Of a stretch of DNA of 64,000 bases, positions 1 through 11,305 are shown in pieces. The notes under the pieces are model-generated. The model ran no database searches and had not been told where the DNA came from. It saw nothing but the letters and a program-made list of their open reading frames with translations. The DNA is from Mytilus californianus (taxonomy: Eukaryota), in assembly GCF_021869535.1 (NCBI RefSeq), contig NW_026262712.1, positions 79,608,001 to 79,672,000 on the forward strand, read 5' to 3'. The position numbers and the translations under genes were made by a program. Every line of letters starts with the position of its first letter. The first letter of the stretch is position 1.

Positions 1-1776
1 TTTCTAAATATTTGCCGTGGGTGGATTTTTTATATTTCTTTAAGCTATCATAGTAGTTCATTTTGATATATTCATCTTTTAATTACAGCTTCACCTTTTC
101 TATATTTTAGCATTTCTTCAGGTCCTAAATTTGGTAAAATAGCCAAATCCTCAAACACCTGTTTAATAAATATACAGGCCCTACTTAAAAAAAATCAAAT
201 ATATATTTATTACTTACATAATTTTATTTCCTTAATAATGCTTTATCACATGCATTGGGCAAAAGAGATATTTATCATGGCTAGAACTGTTTATTTGTTG
301 GATTAAAATTCATAAAAAAACCTTGAATTTGGAAATTTTCCCGTAAAAAAGGGAGAAAATAGATGGCGCTGTAAAACTCTGCTATCCGATAAAATTTAAG
401 CAAAAAATTTTGCAAGTGATATTGGCATGGCCTAAGTGTTGTGTGTACCAAATTTCAAGAGATTCCGCAAAATTCACTCCTGGACACTTTTGCATGGTTT
501 TCTGTGAGACAAGCTCTTTAAAATATAGTATTTGAGAAACATTTATTGAGTGTTGTGGAAAAAGCAGCTTCTATAGGTAATGTTGACGAATGCTCGTTGG
601 GCGGAATAACAGGCTCCCCTTATCAAAATCCTAGATCCGCATCTGTTTAGGATTAATTTTTGACAGCAGCTGAACTTTGCATAAGCATATTCAAAATTTA
701 CAAACTAAGCGCATTCTTTGCCAAGCTCAAATGGGTTATCTACCTTATAAAATAAGCGCCCGACTTAAGATGTGGAACGATACTGTTATTTTTTTATTGT
801 AACTCTAAAATTGATTTTTTCATCTTCTGCATATATATGTAATAGTTATAACTATTAAATATGGTTGCCGAATGGTTTTTTTTAAACAATTGTTAAACAA
901 AAACCCATGAATTTTCAAGCTGTCTTTTAGATTATAATCGAAAGTTGAACAGTATAAGAAGAACTTTTATAAAGTATTTGTTTTTGATTTTTTTCTGATT
1001 TTCTGAATTTACCTTATTATTAAAAAAGTATAATATGAAAATTATATGAAACATTGTATACAGGTCTCACTATAACTTCATAAAAACAACAATTTTGATT
1101 GCTATATAAACACCAAGCCAATCTATTGTTTAACACTTGTTGAATAAACGTGAATTGGATTTTTCATATGTTGGAGAACTGTGAATAAACCGTCAAAATG
1201 TATACTTGTTTTAATTCCTTTGTGTATTCAACTCGTCGACATCTCATAAAACATTCAAAATCACTATCACACCTGGAACGTTTTATGAAATGTTTGCAGA
1301 CCATGACTGAGTATGTACATTTACTGTCTACAAAACATCTGTTATATTTTGTTCAATATACCAGTCGGAAAACAGACAAGAAAATAAAATGTGTACAATC
1401 TATTCTTGGCATTACAATATATAAAAACAAAAATTTATACCTACAAACAACCTTTCAAATTAACGGATGTACAAAGTTGCATTTCTGTTCATTAATTTAA
1501 TATATTTTTATTGGATGATTTTTAGCTATTTAAACAGCCATCGGCGTTCTATTATTTAAAAAAATATAAGGGGATAAAAATATAAATGATTGTACTACCA
1601 ATCCCGGCATTCCATTGCAGCAGTTAACGTCATAAAAGAAATTATTAATTATTGATTTTCCACGTTATTAGCATCAATATATCGATAAACGTAGTAAATA
1701 TTTAATTAATGTTATAATGAACATATCTAGGCGAAATCTGAAATAATAGTCCTCCAACAGACATATACCGAATTTA

Positions 1777-2295
1777 AAAGAGAGGCGAAAGATACGAAAG
1801 GGACATTCAAACTCATTAGTCAAAAATAAACTGACAACGCCATAGCTAAAAATGAAAACGACCAACAGACAAACAATAGTACACAAAACACAACATAAAA
1901 AAACTAAAGACTGAGCAACACAAAACCCACCAAAAACTGGGGGTGATCTCAGATGCACCGGAAGGGTAAGCAGATCCTGCTTCACATGTGGCACCTGTCG
2001 TGTTGCTCATGTTAGTACAAACCCGTTAATAAGTCTTATTCGGTAAGTCACATTCGTAGAAAAAGGACGGGATTGTAGTAACGACATTCGGAACATATCC
2101 ATTATCATCTGTGAAACGGATATTCCATAACGGTCAACCAATTCCCGCTGCTGGAATGTTGCTACAAAGCAATGGAAAGTTCACAATTGGGAAGCTGAAA
2201 TCATCTCTTTTGTCGTAAAGTTTTGTTTCAACCGACTCTCATTTTCAATTTCTTGATGTAAGTCAAGATATGAGGCAGACTTAACTGTATATGTT
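1777..2295 (-). mobile_element. Penelope-like retroelement 3' fragment, internally deleted
   Basis: The - strand of about 2140-2290 encodes SASYLDL...KLYDKRDDFSFPIVNFPLLCSNIPAA (one frameshift), followed by the 3' tail shared with 26998-27447 and 49013-49417. Confidence 0.75.
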
Positions 2296-2685
2296 GTATT
2301 AAAAAGTTCGAATAGCATGAATAAACCGACGATTTTTCAATCCATTAGAATTCTTCCTTATCAACAAGTTCGGATTTGAGTTATCAATTGAAACAATTGT
2401 TAATGGGACTTTCTTCTGTTATGACTATATATACTATGATATTATGTTCATTAATAAATAAACGAAAGTCGACTTATGCGAACATTTATCTTTGTTTTAA
2501 TAAGCGACTATTACGCTCCCTGACATTACAGAAAAAAATCCTAATAAACTAATCAGTGCAACGAAAGCTATATTTAAGGTATTAACCACGTATAACATTT
2601 CTATTTTGATCAGATGGAAAGAATCACCGTTTTGGAGTCATTATAAAAAAGCTATGCTATGATAACATGATACAGTATTTTTCTC

Positions 2686-2922
2686 GTGGTAGCGTGTTCG
2701 CCTCGAGTGCGGGAAGTCATATTAGGTTCGAATCCTGGCCAGGTCAAACCAAAAATTTTAAAATTGGTATTTGCTGCTTTTACGCTAAGCATGTGGCAGC
2801 AAATACTTGTTAGCTCAGGGTCATATAAATGTGTCCGGGTAGGGTGAAATGTCTTCCTGCGGACTGTTACTTTGTGGACTAGCACGTCAAAAATCCGACT
2901 AAGCGTGTTGGTTTAGTACAAA
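2686..2922 (+). mobile_element. tRNA-derived SINE, 5'-truncated
   Basis: B-box GGTTCGAATCC in a tRNA-like head, followed by a body (GTATTTGCTGCTT...GCTAAGCA...AAAATCCGACTAAGCGTGTTGG) that I recall from bivalve SINEs; family assignment not verified. Confidence 0.65.
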
Positions 2923-2939
2923 ACAAATTTAATATTTAT

Positions 2940-3200
2940 GTCAGGAGCCTCTGGCCTTTGTTAGTATAGTATGTTTTTTAATTTTAGTTCATTTATATGT
3001 TTTGGAGTTTAGTGTGACGTCCATTTTCACTGAACTAGCACGCAATTTTAGTTAGGGGCTAGCTGAGGACCACCTCCGGGTGCGGGATTTTCTCGCTGCA
3101 TTGAAGACCCATTGGTGGCCTTCGGCTGTTGTCTGCTCTTTATTGATCTTTGGTCGGGTTGTTGTCGCTTTGACATATTCCCCATTTCTATTCTTAATTT
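2940..3200 (+). repeat. Interspersed repeat; its terminal part recurs at about 48486-48560
   Basis: Shared GGTCGGGTTGTTGTC(G/T)CTTTGACA(T/C)ATTCCC...ATT(T/C)...TTTT end in two places in the window. Confidence 0.65.
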
Positions 3201-3846
3201 TATCCATCATCATCATCATCATCATATTTTTAATTTCCAAAACATTTACCTGGATTTACCTTGGCTAATTAATGAAGTGTTGTTCCAACATAATCCACCA
3301 ATATCCCATTGGGTTCGCAATAATTATGCGAACTCTAACATGATGACTTTTTAATATTTTGCCAATAAAATTCAAAATTTTGGAAAAGCCAAAATAAACC
3401 AACTATATATTGAATACATCTGAATTACTAAAACAAAAAAATACAATTTTTGTTATTTGCTATGGAAATAGACGGAATATGTGTTTATAAAATGTAGAAA
3501 TAGCAGGAAATAATTAAAATGACAAATGTGAATAGCTGTAAACTTAATCAACTTTTTATACTTTCATCATGTATTTCTATCTACGGATGTTAAACAAGGA
3601 AATAAATAAGTAAAAGATTTATATTGTTATCAAACTTTAGCACCACTTGTAATGGTAACACTAATATAATATTTTCAAAGAGTTATTTTTTTTTGTATAT
3701 ATATACATGTGTTTCAAATGAGACCATTGCATTTGGAGATTGTAGTAGTAGTAACTCTTCGATAAATTAAGTGATTCCACTGTCACTTTATCTACACGTT
3801 GGTCAAGTTTGAGAAATTTAAATAATTCGTTATTTATTTCATCGTC

Positions 3847-6423
3847 ATGATACGGCCGTTATATATATTGGTTCTTACATTCGGAATACTTTACAGGTCT
3901 GCTTCAATAATTAAAAGGTATAATGGATTTAAACCGTGCGAGTTCTATCAGAGATGTGAGTGTAAAAGAGACCAGAGATCATCGCTTTACTTTGCAGATT
4001 GTTCAGGACTAAATATGACACAAATAAGGAGATTTCCGAATGTACTGTTAAAACTATCGCTACGAATAAATAGATTGGAAGTGATTAAAGATGGTATCTT
4101 TTTGGAAAACACACTTCTGAGATCGTTGGATCTTTCATTCAATAGAATCAAAACAATTTCATCATCTTCTTTCATTGGGTTAGAAAATTTGAAAGAACTC
4201 GACCTTCAACAAAACAACCTGAATAAGAAAAGTTTTACACATCAATGGTTTGCCAGTTTTAAAAGCTTGGTTTATTTAAATTTGAAGGAAAACTTTTATG
4301 ATGAATATCAACCAGACATATCATCTTTGGTGCGATTGGAAACTTTGAAAATGGATTTTGTGTATAATAAAACAACAATACTGAGTAAACAGTTTAGAAA
4401 TCTCAAACGCCTGAAGCTTCTGGATTTTTCTGGGTTTACAGGACATTGTTCAGTACCAGTTTTAACACCACATGCATTCCAGAATGTACCACATGTTCGA
4501 CATTTAAATTTGTCTATGTGCAAAATAAAATCAGTACAGATAGGGTCGTTTAATACAATGAAAAATATTACCTCCCTCGATTTATCAGGAAATACATGCT
4601 TAAAATTTCAGGTATTAGAAAACGTAACAGCCGACATTCAGTTTTCCGCAATCAAGATTTTAAAAGTTAACAAAATCCATAAAGTCTTTGATATGAATAC
4701 ATATTTGCATACTAATCAAATAAGGCATCTGAAAAACACATCCATACAAGAACTTCATATGGATAGCAATCGTCTGCAGCAAGTAGAACCTGGTGCTTTG
4801 AGATTTCTCCCCACAACATTGATCTATCTATCAGTAAGAGACAACATGTTTTCCTTAGGACCATACCTGAATGACTTGTTGGCCTTATCAGTAGAAACTG
4901 TAGATGCATCCGGCATGAATTCATTCCACAAGGAAGATAGACACCCTGAAACATGCAACTTAGACCTTGTGTGTACTTGGCACACTGATGTTAGACTTGA
5001 TGAATATTCGGATCCTCAATTTAACCATTTGTGGTTTCGAAGTGGAAAAAATGAACAGGGGAATTTTAGAAGAACGGTCATCCCCATACCTTACAACCTT
5101 ACGAAATTAAATTACCGTTCTTGTGGCTCACAATATAACATAACGGAAGTAGAGCTATCCAATAATAAGCTAGTAAGTGTTGACCTGAGCAACAATATTT
5201 TGACGCGTTGGATTGGCCCCTTAAGAAATGTAAAGAATTTGAAATACTTGGATCTATCTTCAAATATGTGCTCCAACCTTTCGACATTCTTCTTCAGTCC
5301 AGACTTCAACATATTGGAAGTTCTATCATTGAGTAATAATTTACTAGGACTTGTCTTACCGTCTGATATCCACGGAAACACATTCCAAAACTTGTTAAAT
5401 GTAATAAAACTGGATTTATCTAAAAACAAAATTTCAAAATTACCAAAACTGATTTTTAAGTCTCAGCGAAAAATGGCAGTACTAGATCTTAGTGACAATT
5501 GTATCGAAAATATTGATTTTCAAGTGTCACATTTGATAAATCTGTCATACCTAAATTTAAGAAATAACTTCATTACATTTATCGATAGTCATACGATTGT
5601 CGATATTAATTCCATAGTTGACAAAAGAAAAAATCTTGCTATCAACCTGTTGGAGAACAAACTGATATGCACATGTAGTTCCCAAAAATTTATAAATTGG
5701 ATGGGAAGTACAAGTGTACATATTGTTAATAAAACTCATTACTTTTGTCAATTATCAACAGGAGAACGTGTCCCGATGAAAAATATTCCAGAACTATTCA
5801 CAACATTAGAAAAGGAATGTACATCATATGTGGTTCTCATTTCTGGACTAGTTGTATCACTTTTATTGTTTATAATTGTTCTGATCATGGGTATTTGTTA
5901 CCGATTTCGATGGAAGCTAAGATACTTTTACTATATGGTGAAAATTAGATCTCGAAGTAAGATACCGCAAATCGACGAAGATGAAAATGAATATATGTAT
6001 GACGCCTTTGTGTCATATGCAGATGACGATCGATCATTTGTTCATACCCAGTTACTTCAAACACTGGAAAAAGAAAATGGTATTCACCTATGCTTACACA
6101 AGAGAAACTTTTTACCCGGAAATGATATAGCGACTAACGTTACTTCCGCTATTCACAATAGTCGTAAAACTATTGTCATTATGACTTACCATTATCTGAA
6201 GTCTTACTGGTGTATGTTCGAGTTTAATATGGCGAGAATGGAGAGCACCTACGAACGCAATAACGAAAATGTACTATTCCTTGTGGTCTTTGAGCAAATA
6301 TCTGCCCGTGATTTTCCTTTGCATATTTTAGAAGTCGTTCAATCCCAGTCGTACATAGAATTCCCAAACGATGAGCAAGGTGACGTAGTATTTTGGCGGC
6401 AGCTTGTTAAAGCACTGAAATAA
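3847..6423 (+). CDS. Toll-like receptor, copy 1 (type A), intact, single coding exon, 858 aa
   Basis: Hydrophobic N-terminus, Cys-capped LRRNT (CEFYQRCECK...ADCSG), many LxxLxLxxN repeats, LRRCT (NKLICTCSS...YFCQ...EC), TM segment (VVLISGLVVSLLLFIIVLIMGIC), TIR with box1 YDAFVSY, BB loop LHKRNFLPG and C-terminal FWRQL. Confidence 0.97.
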   Translation: MIRPLYILVLTFGILYRSASIIKRYNGFKPCEFYQRCECKRDQRSSLYFADCSGLNMTQIRRFPNVLLKLSLRINRLEVIKDGIFLENTLLRSLDLSFNRIKTISSSSFIGLENLKELDLQQNNLNKKSFTHQWFASFKSLVYLNLKENFYDEYQPDISSLVRLETLKMDFVYNKTTILSKQFRNLKRLKLLDFSGFTGHCSVPVLTPHAFQNVPHVRHLNLSMCKIKSVQIGSFNTMKNITSLDLSGNTCLKFQVLENVTADIQFSAIKILKVNKIHKVFDMNTYLHTNQIRHLKNTSIQELHMDSNRLQQVEPGALRFLPTTLIYLSVRDNMFSLGPYLNDLLALSVETVDASGMNSFHKEDRHPETCNLDLVCTWHTDVRLDEYSDPQFNHLWFRSGKNEQGNFRRTVIPIPYNLTKLNYRSCGSQYNITEVELSNNKLVSVDLSNNILTRWIGPLRNVKNLKYLDLSSNMCSNLSTFFFSPDFNILEVLSLSNNLLGLVLPSDIHGNTFQNLLNVIKLDLSKNKISKLPKLIFKSQRKMAVLDLSDNCIENIDFQVSHLINLSYLNLRNNFITFIDSHTIVDINSIVDKRKNLAINLLENKLICTCSSQKFINWMGSTSVHIVNKTHYFCQLSTGERVPMKNIPELFTTLEKECTSYVVLISGLVVSLLLFIIVLIMGICYRFRWKLRYFYYMVKIRSRSKIPQIDEDENEYMYDAFVSYADDDRSFVHTQLLQTLEKENGIHLCLHKRNFLPGNDIATNVTSAIHNSRKTIVIMTYHYLKSYWCMFEFNMARMESTYERNNENVLFLVVFEQISARDFPLHILEVVQSQSYIEFPNDEQGDVVFWRQLVKALK

Positions 6424-6556
6424 CATTGAAACTAAACATTTTAATATACAAGATTATTTCAAAGATGAACGCAGTTGTTAATACATACATGAATAACAGG
6501 GCCCAATCTTTGCTTTACTGTTATACAAAATGTTTAATATACATTTATATATATAT

Positions 6557-7855
6557 AGTCAGCAGGGTTAAAGAACATCCGTTGTTTGACCTGCTAGTCA
6601 AATGCGTTTTGTTAAAATATACTTTTTCACTTTTATGGTCATTTGGAAAATGTTGTTTGTGCTGTATTTAGACCCTTCTACCAAGAAAATTGTTTTGCAT
6701 GCACACGTATACAAATTGCGGTTTTTATCCAACGCAATCATAGGGTTTGAACGATGTTTTCAATTTAGACTTGTTTATATTTTTTTGTTTGAGCTTGTAT
6801 TATATTTGCCTTCGGGTTTATATGATCCGTTCATCCTATTTCGACTCTTCAAAATTCAAGTGTCTATCCTAAATTGAGGTAAAATATATGGCCTTCCAAA
6901 TACCGTTTCGATTCCTAACATCACTGAAGAAACATTAATTGTCGAAATCCGGATATGGTGTACTATTTTTGCACCTTTTGTTTGCGGTATACCATCTTTT
7001 CCGCAAGTTTATTGTTTTCTGTTTGGTATTGAATTATTAGTTAAGATCCATTTTGTTACATCTTGTGATCCGTTTATTAGGCAATCGCCAATGGCAGTCA
7101 GCAGGGTTTAAGAACATCCGTTGTTCGACCTGTTAGTCAAATGCGTTTTGTTAAAATATACTTTTTCACTCATTTGGTCTTTTGGAAAATGTTGTTTGTG
7201 CTGTATTTAGACCCCTCTACCAAGAAATTTGTTTTGCATGTACACGTATAAAATTGCGGTTTTTATCCAACGCAATCATAGGTTTGAACGGTGTTTTCAA
7301 TTTAGACTTGTTTATATTTTTTCGTTTGGGCTTGTATTATATTTGCCTTTGGGTTTATATGATCCGTTCATCCTATTTTGACTCTTTCAAAATTCAAGAG
7401 TCTATCCTAAATTGAGGTCAATTATATGGCCTTCCAAATACCGTTTCGATTCCTAACATCACTGAAGAGACATTAATTGTCGAAATCCGGATATGGTGTA
7501 CAAATTTTTGCACCTCGTGTTTGCGGTATACCATCTTTTCCGCAAGTTTTTTGTTTTCTGTTTAGTAATAATTTAATAATAAGATCTGTTTTGTTACATC
7601 TTGTGATCCGTTTATTTGGCAATCGCTAATGGCAGTCAGCAGGGTTTAAGAACATCCGTTGTTCGACCTGCTAGTCAAATGCGTTTTGTTAAAATATACT
7701 TTTTCACTCATTTGGTCTTTTGGAAAATGTTGTTTGTGCTGTATTTAGACCCCTCTACCAGAAATTTGTTTTGCATGCACACGTATAAAAATTGCGGTTT
7801 TTATCCAACGCAATCATAGGTTTGAACGTTGTTTTCAATTTAGACTTGTTTATAT
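6557..7855 (+). repeat. Tandem repeat, unit about 539 bp, about 2.4 copies
   Basis: AGTCAGCAGGGTT(A/T)AAGAACATCCGTTG starts at 6557, 7096 and 7634; units nearly identical. Confidence 0.95.
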
Positions 7856-8281
7856 ATATATACATATATAGTCATTTATTAAGCAGCAAAATTTGATGTA
7901 CAATAAGCTTTAAAATTTCTTGTCTGAATCCGATTTCACCTGGATAGATGCACGCCCGATGAAGCTAGTTTGTCATGCGAAATATTGCGTTAATTTTTTT
8001 ATCGCATTGTAAATATTTTTTAACATTTCTTAAAATGTGTGTTAAAATTACATTGCTTGGCAATTAATATATATCTATATATAAAGACAAGTCCTTCGCC
8101 CACAAATTCATTGTAAATGTTATTTTCGCTATTTTACGAAATTTTCCTTTGATCTTACTGACTGATAATTTCCTTTCTCAGCACAGTAGAGTGATATGAA
8201 AAATTATCGCTAGAAACTTAGGGTGCACGTGCTGTTGTCAATGAAATTAACAACGTCGTCATAGGTAAAATAGCGATAAAC

Positions 8282-8380
8282 AGATTATCATTGGTCATCT
8301 CAACTCGATTGCTTTTCTCACTTTCGCCGTACCGGCTCAAGCGAGAAAATCTATCTCGTTGAGATGACCAAAGATAATCT
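8282..8380. repeat. Short palindromic element
   Basis: AGATTATCATTGGTCATCTCAAC...GTTGAGATGACCAAAGATAATCT inverted arms with a GC-rich centre. Confidence 0.7.
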
Positions 8381-8699
8381 ATAAATGAAATTTGAAGAAA
8401 CAAATATGTATATAGTCAGGTAAAATGAACACACGGTGTTTAAAAGAGAGAAAAAAGACAAAGATACATCCACACTTTAGTGGATCTTTTACTTATCAGA
8501 AAGAAATAGCTATAGTAATTCATAGCTCACATGACATCTATGCACATAATAGTTGACACTGAGTAGGAGTAACGTTAACAGCAACAGTTAATAAAAAATG
8601 AAAACTAGAAATTTTTCGTTAAAAAAACCAATAACAGTCATTTGATTAAATTTGTTTGTGGTTGTAAGAGAAAGGTTCAAACCTTTATACAACGAATTA

Positions 8700-8960
8700 C
8701 TCATAGTAATCCTGATACCAGAATTTATGTTCAACAAGACGATTTTTCATTACCTATTGTCAATTTTACTTTTCTTGAGGATGATGTTCCGTTGGCTCCT
8801 TCTTATGGAGTGTAAAGTTCTCAACTTGTTCGATATTTGCGTTTTGCAGTGCTGTCTTGGATTTCAATGAATTTAATATTTTCATTATTCAAAAACTGTT
8901 ATAGCACGGATAAATATTCCGTAAATTAATCACAACTTTATATTTTCATCACAAATATAG
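8700..8960 (+). mobile_element. Degraded Penelope-like RT C-terminal fragment (duplicated at about 23600-23840)
   Basis: Reads TRIYVQQDDFSLPIVNFTFLEDDVPLAPSYGV*SSQLVRY, a decayed YDKRDDF...YGVYISQLIR motif. Confidence 0.7.
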
Positions 8961-9269
8961 GTATTTACTAGTGAAGTAGGATTTCACCAGCAGGAATGTA
9001 TTAACAAGAGGTATTTATTTACACCCTCCTATAACGATATATTATTAATGAAGCTAACAAGTGTAGGAATTAATGTCATTTTATTATTTGTCAATTTCAA
9101 AATATTCTGTTGTTTTTCAGATACTGTGTCTGATATTTCTGGGGATCAATTTTGAAGCAATTCTAAAATGTTTTTAATGGTTTTTTTTCTGCATTCTGTA
9201 TAGGCATTCTGTACATTTTTTTTGTAGGAATTACACACAATAATGTCTTCATGTACAGTTAATGAAGTA

Positions 9270-9790
9270 ACTGTATTTAATCTTCTATAAAGCACATCCA
9301 CCGATATAAGAGTGTATAATGGTATAATTGCATACGTGTAGGGTAAGTACATCGAGCTTGCTTTCAGTAACTGCGAGCGTTTCGTAAGGTATACAACCAC
9401 TAATATAGAATATTACCATAAAAGATTGGATGTGAAATATATGAATGTATAAAATGACTGCACGTTGATTTATATTTACGAATAATGTCCTTGTACCGAT
9501 GATAAAATTTAGTAAATGTTTTGACAAATGTTTGACATCGAAAACCCTGGTGTAATAATTTTTCAGTAATACATCGATTTCTTTCGTTAAAATCAAATAC
9601 GTTTTACATACACGAGCAAATCGAACAAGATGAGATATATAAACACCATAAGATGGTGACAAGGGAACGTCACCATCTAAAAATGGATAAGTAACAATAG
9701 GAAATGAAAAATCATCTCTTTCATCGTAAATTTTGGTATTAAGCTTCCCATTAAAGATATAGATATCAAGATCCAGGAAAGGGTGCATAG
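9270..9790 (-). mobile_element. Penelope-like RT C-terminal fragment (frameshifted)
   Basis: FLDLDIYIFNGKLNTKIYDERDDFSFPIVTYPFLDGDVPLSPSYGVYISHLVRFARVC, continuing after a frameshift as DFNERNRCITEKLLHQGFR...ISHPIFYGNILY. Confidence 0.8.
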
Positions 9791-11054
9791 TCCCACCTCC
9801 TCACATTTTTTCTTTCAAAGACTTATAATTAATGTGTTCATTTCTCAAATCCGTGCGAACTACAATCACAATATTTGATGTAAATATGCATTTAGGGGAG
9901 TTATAAAAGCACACCACTTCCACCCACTACCAAACACAAAATAAGTGAGTATACATCAACCTATTTTTTAACACTTCATTTATTAATATCCAGTTTTAAA
10001 TAATCATAGGTCTTCAACACAAAGCTACTAACATTCAGTTTTTACTAAAGTTAATGTTACTGCCATGCATGTATTCTGACCACTTATTTCCTTGTGATGC
10101 TAATTCATAGGGTTGCTGTTTCACTGACATATATCCACGATCTGCATAGAACGCGACTGTACCCCATACCGCATAGTAATCTTAAAGAGGCCTTGACATT
10201 ACACATGTTACATTCAATATGTGAACAACGCAAACAGAAAACAACAGCCTGATTTTGTAGCACTGTCCTTTCCTGATGAAACTGAACGATAAGTGTTCGT
10301 TCTAGTTTAAATTAGATGAATAAAAAACAATTAGGAAATCTACAATTTACGGTACAGTATAACGAAGTGCCTTTAGATATTAAGATGAACATTAAGACGA
10401 GTATCGCCACACCGTAGCTCAAATTTTTAAACCGTCTTAAGAGGTGTGGCCAATTTTTACTGATATTGTTAAACACCAGGGATTTAAAAAAAATCATATA
10501 AAACCTAGTGAAATTTATATCTAAAATAAAATTTACCTAAACAATGATACTATTTCCGCGTGATCAACGTGTGCCACTTGCATAAATGTAACCTTCATTC
10601 TGCACACTCTAGACCAAAATTTAAACACTAAAAACGAATATTGTTTGAGAAAGATTTTATAAATATAATAAGAGGCTTGCATTTTCGTTTAACTCCGCTA
10701 TTTACTAGAAGATGCCATCCTGTCACTTAATAATTCACAGTTTGGTGACTTTATTGAAAAAATCTATCTTATCGAAATTAAAATAAAGGATACCACAGAT
10801 GCATATGGTGGCCGGTTAATGCCATTTCGCGTTTTTGCGTTTTCGCCCTTCATATTCTATAGGGCGAAAACGAAAACGCGAAAACGCGAAGTCAAAAACG
10901 CAAAAATGCGAAGTCGAAAACGCGAAATCGGAAAGAAAAAATATTTCGCGTACAAAATAGATGATATAATCTTTCAAATTGTGAACTTTTCATTTATATG
11001 TAGCAGTGCCTGCATCTAAATTATACACACCTGGTTGATATGATATATTAGAGC

Positions 11055-11305
11055 TTGGGTTTCCTATCATGAGTCCTTTGAAAGTGAGTTGCTGCTTACA
11101 AGGAAGCCATTTAACCAAGGGTTCTGAATCAGAAAGTTGAAGCCATCTCTTCCGAATCAAACTTTACGGACGCCATCACGAGTTAATTGACCATTGTGTT
11201 TTGTAGACTGTTGATTATTTTTTCGTTTTTTGCCATGAAGTAATCAGTTTGCTTTCGACTTATGAGTTTGAATACCCCTTTGGTATCTTTCGCCTCTCGT
11301 TTAGA
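11055..11305 (+). mobile_element. Penelope-like 3' fragment, internally deleted
   Basis: Reverse-complement match to the 26998-27447 family (CTTACAAGGAAGC...TTTACGGACGCCATCACGAG...CCCTTTGGTATCTTTCGCCTCTC). Confidence 0.65.

Noticed and set aside
1674-1994. Hydrophobic 106-aa ORF resembling a membrane protein (similar ones at 61150-61500 N-part and 63701-63967)
   Set aside because: Translation of the T-rich non-coding tail of the Penelope-like repeat.
3052-3354. Poly-Met, poly-His and poly-Ile ORFs
   Set aside because: Three frames of a (CAT)n microsatellite at about 3205-3225 joined to an interspersed repeat.
3987-4523. Antisense ORFs recurring in every TLR copy (MKEDDEIVL..., MHIxKxKxRTCG...)
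   Set aside because: Shadow frames of the conserved sense CDS; they recur only because the TLRs are paralogous.
10819-11019. Basic Arg/Lys-rich ORF (protamine-like)
   Set aside because: Translation of CGAAAA low-complexity repeats.
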